Below, one piece after another: positions 56,641-64,000 of a stretch of DNA of 64,000 nt. Every line of letters starts with the position of its first letter. Positions within the stretch are counted from its first letter, which is position 1. Below the pieces are notes generated by a model that saw nothing but the letters and a program-made list of their open reading frames with translations, had not been told where the DNA came from and searched no databases. The DNA is taken from the NCBI GenBank assembly GCA_965219995.1, contig CBDCOX010000002.1, positions 3,872,001 to 3,936,000 on the forward strand, given 5' to 3'. The stretch is from Candidatus Latescibacterota bacterium (GTDB taxonomy: Bacteria; Latescibacterota; UBA2968; GCA-2709665). Made by a program: the position numbers and the translations under genes.

Positions 56641-57870
56641 TCATCTGGAGTATGTCCGGGCTTCAATCGCCTCTACGGCTGCCTGATTCACGTAGCTCCG
56701 GTCGTGAAATCGAGCGGCGTATTCGATCGGCGTCACATCTCGATATTTTCGTACAGCTTCATCAGCGGTAAACTTCAGGCCCTTTCGGATGGACGCCCGA
56801 TGGGACGGATCCGCTCCTCTGTCGAGGAGCTCGATAGTTACTCTGTCTTCCTTCCGGCCTTTCTTGACGACACAGTTGAACAGCGGGGTGTGCCCCCCAA
56901 AGCCGTCGGCATCGACGTCGGCCGCCGCGTTCGGGTCCGCGCCGTGTTCGATTGCCCAATCGAAGACCTCATCCTCGTCAAATTCGATCGCCATGTGCAG
57001 GAGCGTAGTCCCGTCCAGCGGTGTACCGTGGAGACCGGTGTCGTCGCCGACACGGAAGTCAGGAGGATAGATGTCGTCATACCCAAACCTGCGGGAAATA
57101 AGTTCGGGGTCCCTGTCAAGATGACGCTCCAGCAAGTCGATCCGCCCAAAATGGAAAGCCAGAGCGGGGGTTTCCGGGAATTCCACGCCACTTTCGGCAA
57201 GGATTTTCAAACACTCGTGTTTTCCGACCGGGTTGCGGCTGTATGTCTCCAGGACCATCGCGGCCGGCGCGGTGAAGTCCCCATCTGCGTCGCAAAGTTC
57301 CCCGCCCAGATCCAGAACCATCTGCAGTCCCTTGCTGTTCAGGGTTTCACAGGCGCCCATCGCGACGCCGCGTTCTACTCGTGCGCCTTTCTTAACCAGC
57401 GCATGAGCGGTTTCGGCATTTCCCTGAAGGATGGCTCGCCCGAAAGCGTGTTGGATCTCGGGACTGCCCAGATCGGCCAGCATCTCCACAATTCCGGTCT
57501 TGCCCAGTTCAGCGGCAAACCCCATCGCGGCGCCCCAGTGTGAACCCCGCCCGCGAGCTTCTTCTGTCAGGAGTTCGGGGTGCTTCCTGACCAGCTCACG
57601 AACGGTTTCCAGGTCTTCGCGAGACACGGCTGCACACAGTCTGGCCGCAAGCAGCAATCTGGGCCAGCTTGCATATCGATACATACGCGCGAGCACGAGT
57701 TGTGCGTCGGCCAGCCTGGCGCTTTCGGGGGAGACGTCCCGTGGATGCAGACTCTCAAAGGCGGAAACGGCCTCGGGATCGCCCGATCGATAGGCGGCCA
57801 GAAGCGATTTTGCCCGCTTCCTGAGGTTCTCGATGTTGGGATTGACGGGAAGACTTTGACGGCGGGGCAT
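56641..57870 (-). CDS. Ankyrin-repeat protein with N-terminal helical domain
   Basis: LP.NPNIENLRKRAKSLL...LADAQLVLARMY...SWPRL, followed by GTTLLH.A, GADPN and GHTPLF. Confidence 0.88.
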   Translation of the reverse strand: MPRRQSLPVNPNIENLRKRAKSLLAAYRSGDPEAVSAFESLHPRDVSPESARLADAQLVLARMYRYASWPRLLLAARLCAAVSREDLETVRELVRKHPELLTEEARGRGSHWGAAMGFAAELGKTGIVEMLADLGSPEIQHAFGRAILQGNAETAHALVKKGARVERGVAMGACETLNSKGLQMVLDLGGELCDADGDFTAPAAMVLETYSRNPVGKHECLKILAESGVEFPETPALAFHFGRIDLLERHLDRDPELISRRFGYDDIYPPDFRVGDDTGLHGTPLDGTTLLHMAIEFDEDEVFDWAIEHGADPNAAADVDADGFGGHTPLFNCVVKKGRKEDRVTIELLDRGADPSHRASIRKGLKFTADEAVRKYRDVTPIEYAARFHDRSYVNQAAVEAIEARTYSR

Positions 57871-58005
57871 AGCAGCCTCCTCTCGCAGAGTCGCCCGGCG
57901 TCCGCATCTTCGGGCAGAAAGAAGGTGCTATCGGAACTTCAGGATCTGGTGAGGTGGGTGGGCTTAGCCCTTTCCGCGGACCGGAGGCTCCCTTTCGAGC
58001 ACGGC
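57871..58005 (-). promoter_or_regulatory. Candidate structured cis-regulatory RNA leader
   Basis: Nested complementary segments, including an anti-SD AGCCTCC that pairs with the RBS GGAGGCT. Confidence 0.6.
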
Positions 58006-58009
58006 AGTT

Positions 58010-58038
58010 AAAATAACCATAACCGGGCCCCATGGCAA
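58010..58038 (-). promoter_or_regulatory. Sigma70-like promoter
   Basis: TTGCCA-17 nt-TATTTT on the minus strand, immediately before the structured leader. Confidence 0.55.
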
Positions 58039-58189
58039 GCCGGCTCTTTGAGTATCTCCGGCAGGAAGGTTAAACGTACGCTGTTTCGGCGGCTTCCAGA
58101 TAATCAAGGCCTCGCGGGCATTCTAACACCTGGTGCAAGGACGCCGCCAGGAATAACGACGGCGTACACGAAGGAAGCGCCCGGCTGTT

Positions 58190-58468
58190 TTATACCAACG
58201 CGATGCGCAGTTGCCGGCCGAGAGCCCTTGCAGCGCGGTCCAGTGTCCGCAGGGTTACCGAAGCATTGGAGGCGTCGAGCAAACGGTCCAGCGCCGATCG
58301 GCTGGTTTGCATACGCCTCGCCATCTCGGACTTGGACAGCTTGTGTTCCTTCATGAACTGGCTCAACTGAAACGCAATCACGCGTTTTGCTGCCGTCGCT
58401 TCTGATTCACTGAGGAGACCCTCTTCCTCGAGGAACTCATCGAAATTGCTGCCGAAGTGTTTTCTCAT
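58190..58468 (-). CDS. XRE/HTH antitoxin-like protein (orphan)
   Basis: HFGSNFDEFLEEEG...KRVIAFQL...SKSEMARRM.TSRS.LDRLLD. Confidence 0.88.
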   Translation of the reverse strand: MRKHFGSNFDEFLEEEGLLSESEATAAKRVIAFQLSQFMKEHKLSKSEMARRMQTSRSALDRLLDASNASVTLRTLDRAARALGRQLRIALV

Positions 58469-58518
58469 CTCGCCTCCCATAACGTCATGAGCCCAACTTG
58501 TCACACGAAGAGTGTTTC

Positions 58519-58805
58519 TCACAGGAAGTCGCGCAATGCCAGCAGGTTTTCGATCTCCGCGAATGGCTGACCGTCGCCGGGTTCTCTGCCTTGCCGATTG
58601 ACCCAGATTCCCCTGATTCCGGCCTCTTGCGCTCCGGCGATGTCTTTATTGAGATTGTCTCCGACCATCAATGTCTGGTCGGGGCCGGCATCCGCAAGCC
58701 GGAGCGCATGCTCGAAAAAACGGGGATCCTGAGCGCGACGGGTTTTTCGAGAACGATCGTCTCGTCAAGATCGAACAGGATCGTTCTCACTGCGTCCTGG
58801 CTCAT
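58519..58805 (-). pseudogene. HAD hydrolase with internal deletion and frameshift
   Basis: MSQDAVRTILFDLDET in one frame joins DPRFF...MVGDNLNKDIAGAQEAGIRGIWVNR in another. The middle of the protein is missing. Confidence 0.85.
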
Positions 58806-58845
58806 CGGTTCGCCCGTCTTCCCGCTTTCTCAATGTAGTTTTCGC

Positions 58846-59244
58846 TCAGCCACCCGGCGCGGCCCCGGCAGGAGACCGATCCCGCGCGGCGGACCGGAAC
58901 AGCTGCGCCGATGCGATCCATAGCGCGATGAAGAATCCGTTGAATCCAAGGATCTCGCGTACGGACATGTACGGCGCGTGGTGCAACCCGGCGATCAGCG
59001 CGATTACAGCGACCAGCGTCTGCGCGAGCGCGGTTGCGAAGACTGCGCGCGCCATTCCGGCCGGCCGAAAGCGCGCGGCGACGGCGCAGATGATGCCCAC
59101 CGCGAATACGCCGATGAACATCAGATCGGCGGGGTTGCCCTCGCGCCCGAGAACGCCGACGGCGCCGATCATCCAGGCGAGGAGTAATGGGGTAGCGAGC
59201 GCAAGGCCCACGGCGAGTTTGTACACGGGTTTGCCCATCTTCAT
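58846..59244 (-). CDS. Small four-TM membrane protein
   Basis: W..GAVG..G.E.NPA.LM and ARFRP.GMA motifs, hydrophobic. Confidence 0.75.
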   Translation of the reverse strand: MKMGKPVYKLAVGLALATPLLLAWMIGAVGVLGREGNPADLMFIGVFAVGIICAVAARFRPAGMARAVFATALAQTLVAVIALIAGLHHAPYMSVREILGFNGFFIALWIASAQLFRSAARDRSPAGAAPGG

Positions 59245-59301
59245 TCCTTTCCCCCGGCGTTCGCTCGTTTCTCCCGTCGATGTTTCTTTGCTCGCGGACA
59301 G

Positions 59302-60111
59302 CTACTTCTCCACGACAAAGACGACATGGTCGGTTATATCTCTGAACTGAGGCAACTCCGACGTCTCCGGTGCGAATTCCAGGACATTCTCATATGCTTC
59401 GGGTTCGTTCTCTCTCAGCGACTCGAAAAGTGGCGCCATGCCTCCGACAAAGCCCTGCGCGCCTGCGTAGCTTACAATTCGCAGTCCTGCGTCCCGGAGT
59501 TCGTTGCCGGCGATCTCAGGGTTGGACCAGTGACACTCCGTAAAGTTCGGGCGTTCATGGTCTTCAAAATTCGTTTCGCCGAGCAAGCTCCGCAGAAAGG
59601 CGGGATTGCGGTAGAGGTGGGGGAAACCGGCCACTCCCGTTCGGAGCAAACCCCATGCATTGAGGAAGGCGACAATTGCCCTGCTCCCCGGTTTCAGAAT
59701 GCGAATCATCTCCCTCAAAGCTTGTGCTCGATCATCCCGCTCGATCAAGTGATAAAGCGGACCGAGAAGGAGGGCCGCGTCGAACGACTCGTCGGCAAGA
59801 ACGCCCAGGTCGCGTGCGTCTCCATGGATAAACTCCGTTGCATTGACTCCTTCCGATGCAAAGGCACGCTCTGCCCGCGCCAGCAGTTTTCCGGACAGGT
59901 CGCATAACGTCATCCGGTACCCGCGTCTGGCGAGCTCGATGGAATAGCGACCCGGACCGCTCCCGATATCGCACACGTCTCCGTTCACGGGAAAGTATTT
60001 CTTGATTAGCCGGAGGGTAGAAGCGAACTCGATTCGTGCAAGCCCCGTGTCCAGTCGTTCCCACTCGCGCTCAGGCGCCGAGTCGTAGTAGTCCCGGACG
60101 TGCGTGCTCAT
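59302..60111 (-). CDS. Class I SAM-dependent methyltransferase
   Basis: EWERL, DIGSGPGRY and GPLYHL motifs. Confidence 0.9.
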   Translation of the reverse strand: MSTHVRDYYDSAPEREWERLDTGLARIEFASTLRLIKKYFPVNGDVCDIGSGPGRYSIELARRGYRMTLCDLSGKLLARAERAFASEGVNATEFIHGDARDLGVLADESFDAALLLGPLYHLIERDDRAQALREMIRILKPGSRAIVAFLNAWGLLRTGVAGFPHLYRNPAFLRSLLGETNFEDHERPNFTECHWSNPEIAGNELRDAGLRIVSYAGAQGFVGGMAPLFESLRENEPEAYENVLEFAPETSELPQFRDITDHVVFVVEK

Positions 60112-60157
60112 TCAAGCACCAATCTCCCTCGACGTCTTCATGGTCTTCGACTCTCGA

Positions 60158-60961
60158 TCAAGCCGATGGTTCACGAAGCGCCGCTTCCCATAGCCCGGAA
60201 ACATCCTGAGCGCATCCGACCTCGGGAAAATACCGGGCCATGTTTTCTGCGCAGATCGACCGGACCATTTCTTCGATATACCCCGGGTCTACGAGGGACT
60301 CGAGCCGGTCCTGCCAGGTGCTGCGGTTCTGATGCCCGTTGTCCACGTCGAGCGAATCCACAGGGATTTCCAGGAAGTCCGCCAATCGCCCGTGCGAACG
60401 AGCCAGTTCGTGGGTCCTGATCACCAGACGGCGTTCTACCGGAATCGGCCCGGTGCACCTGTCGACATGATCGTTCCAGGCGTGCAGGAAGGCCGGGATC
60501 GAATAGAGCCCTCGCTCCGCAAGCGCGCGGTCGTGACGTGAGTGGGGATAGCGTTCCGGCTTGATCCACCAGGGGAGAAAGTCCAGGATTTCCGATGGCA
60601 TCTCGCGGCTGATCAGGTGTCCGACAGCCGATTGAAGCCAACTATAGCTGTCACGGACGAGAACGATGAACCTGGCGGAAGGGAAGAGGTGCAACAGATG
60701 GCCGATGACGAACTGGTTCACCCACGAGACATCGTATTCCAGGTTCAGCCGGGTATCGCGTTCACGGAGGAACACTCGGAAGGCGGAGGCGGAGACTTCA
60801 CCCCGGGCCTCGCGGAGAATCATGTCGAGCAACTCGGGGCGCTCCGGTTCGTGCGCCGCGAGGTAGTTGGTTGAAAGCAACCCAACGAGAGATGCCGTTC
60901 CGGACTTTGCCTGCCCGACGCAGAAGGCTTTGACACGGACGGACGTGTGGCTATCAGTCAC
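60158..60961 (-). CDS. Sulfotransferase-family protein
   Basis: G.AKSGT.S (PAPS binding), HEP and FIVLVRD..SW..S motifs. Confidence 0.8.
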   Translation of the reverse strand: MTDSHTSVRVKAFCVGQAKSGTASLVGLLSTNYLAAHEPERPELLDMILREARGEVSASAFRVFLRERDTRLNLEYDVSWVNQFVIGHLLHLFPSARFIVLVRDSYSWLQSAVGHLISREMPSEILDFLPWWIKPERYPHSRHDRALAERGLYSIPAFLHAWNDHVDRCTGPIPVERRLVIRTHELARSHGRLADFLEIPVDSLDVDNGHQNRSTWQDRLESLVDPGYIEEMVRSICAENMARYFPEVGCAQDVSGLWEAALREPSA

Positions 60962-61005
60962 AGGTTTCTCCGGATTCGTGAAAGCACCGGACGCGTTCTG
61001 GCGCC

Positions 61006-61078
61006 TTTTTGACCCTTTGCCGACCCTTCGACCCTTCGGCAGGCTCAGTGCACCGCAAGCTCAGGGACCGGCTCAGGT
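61006..61078. repeat. REP-like repeat, CCCTTCG...GCTCAG family
   Basis: Shares TTTTTGACCCTT.GCCGACCCTTCGAC with 27984. Confidence 0.75.
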
Positions 61079-61133
61079 CGCCAGGTCCATGGCTTGTAAT
61101 AATGTAAACTGTGGAGTGTTCCCAAAATAATTC

Positions 61134-61727
61134 TCAAATAAGGACGGCCCCAACGGCGTCGAGTCGATATTGGCTGCCGTCGTATGCAATGGTCGTAACG
61201 GAGCATTCCCGTACTGCTTCACTGCTATACGGGTCATCGCAGAATCCCGGCCTGATCCGGTTCAATTCATCAGCCGAAAACACGTTGAGAAGGAAGTCCG
61301 CCAGGACACCTCCATGGGTTACCCCGATCACGGTATCTCCTGATGACCGACGATGGCAATCGGAAACAAAAGCCTCTATGCGTCTGCCAGCCCCGATGCT
61401 CGAATCGCCAACATCGGGTTCGTAGTCCCGTTCCATGGAACAGCGCTCCTACTGGGCCAGGAATTCGTCGAAGGTCTGGCCTTCGATATCTCCCCAGTTC
61501 AACCGTTCACGGAGGCGTGAATCTTCAGTCAACTCGAGATTCAGAACGGCGGCGATGATTTCTGCCGTCTCTCTCGTCCGTGCAAGCGGACTGCAGAAGA
61601 TCCGCGCGACGCCTTCCGATACCAGCCACCCTGCCAGACTCTCCGCCTCTTCCCGACCCTCGGACGTCAGTGACGGATTCCCGATCCTTCGTTCTCTCTT
61701 CCCGTGTCGAATAAAGTGACAACGCAT
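61134..61727 (-). pseudogene. Histidine phosphatase interrupted by an in-frame TAG
   Basis: RHG, SPL.R..ETA and L.E, then a stop at 61449-61451. The same frame continues to VTHGG. Confidence 0.85.
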
Positions 61728-61945
61728 AGCGTCTGCCCGATCGTATTCCCCGATCCCCCGAATAACCCGGTACCGCGTGGTACAAGTACCTATGCTACGT
61801 CCCCTCTGACGTCGCCCATCGCTCGTTTCTTAGCCATCCTGACGATCTGCGCCGATACAACCGCTGAGGCTGCCGTCAGGGACACCAGGCCTCCGCGCAT
61901 ATGGGTTGGTGAAGGCTTCCGCTTCACGTCAAGCCGAGAAGACGG

Positions 61946-62039
61946 GAGATTCTTCGCTGCGCTCAGAATGACAAGTTTTGCAATCGTCATAAGTAAATGT
62001 TACGGTAATACATGCGCCTGTTTTGTCATCCTGACGAAG
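61946..62039. repeat. REP-like repeat, GATTCTTCGCTGCGCTCAGAATGACA type
   Basis: 61946-61973 with a partial inverted partner TGTCATCCTGACGAAG at 62024-62039. Confidence 0.6.
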
Positions 62040-62092
62040 CCGTTGTGAAGGTGGGGCGGACATTCCTGTCTGCCTGCCTCGCTGGCCTTGTT

Positions 62093-62674
62093 TCACGGCT
62101 CAATCGGAGCAAGATCAATCGGTGTCAGGACGCCGAAGAAGCCATATTTGATACCGGATGGATCGCCCTTGCCAGGCGGAAAGTACTCCTCGATCAGCTC
62201 CAGGAGACGGCGGTTGAATTCGGCCGCCTGTTCTTCCGAGAGACGAGCGCGGTTATGGTTGACCGAACTTTGAAATCTCGGGCCGAATATGCCGTCCGCG
62301 CTTTCGCGAAACGCCTGGTTGAATTGGCAAACGACCTCGCGAGGCAAGGGCTCGTCGGTTTCAGCCGTCTCATCAATCGGGTCGACAAATCGTATCCTGC
62401 AGGCCGCGGGCACGCAACGTCACGCCCTCGGGTCTCTATCGGTTTTGTCAAGATTAACGACATCTGAGTCCGCGAGACGTTCCAGGTGACGGAGAACCCG
62501 GGTGTCGGTAACGCCCAGCATTGACGAAATCTCCGCCACGGATTTCCCCGCGCCAAGCGTCTCCAGGATGCGCAACCGGAGGGGGTCCGAGACGACATTG
62601 ACCCGCTCGTCATCGATAACAAGCACCGATCCGGTTTTTGCACCAGGAAATGCCAATTCGCGCCAGCCCGCCAT
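62093..62674 (-). pseudogene. ArsR-like winged-HTH protein interrupted by an in-frame TGA
   Basis: DPLRLRIL..L...SVAEIS...HLERL, stop at 62420-62422, same frame continuing to RLSEEQAAEF..RL.EL. Confidence 0.75.
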
Positions 62675-62725
62675 TCAATGCCTCCGTCGGAATGGTATCG
62701 CAGGTTTCCCGCTTTGTTTGACGTT

Positions 62726-62941
62726 TCATTGGACCACGACAATTTCACGTTCCGCTTCTGCAGGCGCAGCACGAAGTCCGTCCTCTCGCCGGTCTTCGAG
62801 GATGAGGGATATTGCTTCCTTTAAGCTCGCAAGTGCTTCATTCTTCGTCTTACCTTGCCCGTTGGCGCCCGGGATCTCAGCGCAATAAGCGATGATCCAA
62901 TCGTCGTCGTATTCGATCACGGCGGTGAATTCGTTTCTCAT
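62726..62941 (-). CDS. hicB: HicB-family antitoxin (orphan)
   Basis: FTAVIE....W.IAYC.EIPGANGQGKT..EA...L.EAI. Confidence 0.88.
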   Translation of the reverse strand: MRNEFTAVIEYDDDWIIAYCAEIPGANGQGKTKNEALASLKEAISLILEDRREDGLRAAPAEAEREIVVVQ

Positions 62942-63051
62942 TTAAATCCCTCCTGGAATTCCTTTCCAATGCTGATTGCATATAACTACTGCAGATTGTC
63001 AGGGAAAAATACGTCAAAAGGGAGCTGCGTGTGCCACTTTCCAGGTCCGCA

Positions 63052-63528
63052 CTATCCCAGCCTGGTGCTGAGCCATGCTCGCAGCTTTTCCGCGTAGGGT
63101 CTGCGCTGTTCCGGGCTCGTAAAGTGACGACGTTCGAAATACAGTTTGTCGTTTTCCCACCGCGGGAAGACGTGCAGGTGATAATGCCAGACATCCTGGT
63201 TGCCGGCGGGCTCGTTGTGCTGGCGAGATGAGACGCCGTCGCAGCCATAGGTCTCCTTGAACCCGATGGAGATCTCTCTCGCGACCTCCTGAATTCGCGC
63301 CAGCAGATGCGTTGGCATGGCGTAGACATTCTCGATGTGCTCGTTCGGAATCACAAGCGCGTGACCGGGATTCCTCGGCCACCAGGCGGCAGAGATAAAA
63401 GCCGTAACGTCGCCGTCCCGAAACACAACGTCATCCTGCTTCGTCCAAACGTGCTCGTTTTCAACTCCCTGCGCCACAAGACAGAACGGGCAGGTATAGT
63501 CCGCAGGGGCGTGAGTGCGCATTTCCAT
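63052..63528 (-). CDS. HIT-family hydrolase
   Basis: CPFC, GHALVIP and QDVWHYHLHVFPR motifs. Confidence 0.92.
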   Translation of the reverse strand: MEMRTHAPADYTCPFCLVAQGVENEHVWTKQDDVVFRDGDVTAFISAAWWPRNPGHALVIPNEHIENVYAMPTHLLARIQEVAREISIGFKETYGCDGVSSRQHNEPAGNQDVWHYHLHVFPRWENDKLYFERRHFTSPEQRRPYAEKLRAWLSTRLG

Positions 63529-63569
63529 CTGTGTGGGTCTTATTTTTACCGCTGCTCTTTCGCCCGAAT

Positions 63570-63860
63570 TCAACTCGCCGGTTGTCTTGCGCCGGATCGT
63601 TCCAACTCAACCTTCAGATCAAGGGCGTGGCATACCTTTAGAAACGTCGTCAGATTGCAATTGATCCCATTTTCCACCTTTGACAACTGCTGCTGCGTGA
63701 CCTTCGCTTTCCTGGCGACCTCCAACTGAGAAAGCCCCAGTTGTGCACGCATATGGTGGATCTTCAGAGACAGTTCAGTAAGCTGTCGCTCCTCCTCGTA
63801 CAGTCTTCTGAATCGCTCATCTCTTAGCTTCTCTTTCAGATGACGTCTAAAGCTCCTCAT
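63570..63860 (-). CDS. XRE/HTH antitoxin-like protein
   Basis: F..HL.E.L.D..F...YEEE and GLSQ.EVA....VTQQQLSKVENG motifs. Confidence 0.88.
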   Translation of the reverse strand: MRSFRRHLKEKLRDERFRRLYEEERQLTELSLKIHHMRAQLGLSQLEVARKAKVTQQQLSKVENGINCNLTTFLKVCHALDLKVELERSGARQPAS

Positions 63861-63959
63861 CCAGTACCGCCTTTAGCCTGTTCTCGTCAAATCGAGACCC
63901 GAGGATTCGCGACTGCACCGAAACGCACCACCCCGAAATCTCAGCATTCCCAATATACC

Positions 63960-63983
63960 AAAAATGCCCCCGAACGGGGGCAT
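63960..63983 (-). terminator. Rho-independent terminator
   Basis: ATGCCCCC-GTTC-GGGGGCAT followed by TTTT on the minus strand. Confidence 0.7.
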
Positions 63984-64000
63984 CATCTCCAATCGCATCC

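Noticed and set aside
61790-61990. 66-aa ORF on the minus strand
   Set aside because: It begins inside a REP-like repeat (VILSAAKNL is repeat-derived) and has no family signal.
62390-62422. Selenocysteine recoding of the in-frame TGA
   Set aside because: Only a weak downstream stem and not a redox-motif context. A Trp-to-stop mutation is simpler.
43487-63983. Classical integron with attC sites
   Set aside because: No recurring RYYYAAC...GTTRRRY palindromes were seen after stop codons and there is no intI in the window. Checked by eye only.

Overview
High-GC bacterial chromosomal window in four blocks. (1) 1-12.1 kb: a glycan/uronate catabolism cluster with three heparinase II/III-like proteins (one fused to FG-GAP repeats), an enolase-superfamily enzyme and two Gfo/Idh/MocA oxidoreductases. 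(2) About 12.9-27.7 kb: a visibly lower-GC, minus-strand anti-phage island. Its backbone is DUF499 ATPase / small DUF3780-like protein / DUF1156 adenine methylase / PLD-SNF2 helicase (the 'restriction-like', BREX-related architecture). The backbone is split by a nested DUF262 + DUF3696-ATPase + effector trio (Menshen-like) and a small OB-fold-like gene, and ends in a nucleoside-deoxyribosyltransferase/TIR-like effector. (3) 28-43.5 kb: plus-strand metabolic genes (nadE, oxidoreductases, hydrolases). (4) 43.5-64 kb: about 23 mostly unrelated genes, all on the minus strand. These include orphan antitoxins, three pseudogenes, a phage-like ORF coupled to rtcB, and an ankyrin gene whose highly structured leader sequesters its own RBS. 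Several families of short intergenic repeats recur. No rRNA, tRNA, CRISPR array, integrase or transposase was recognised. Family assignments come from motifs read by eye, not from database searches.
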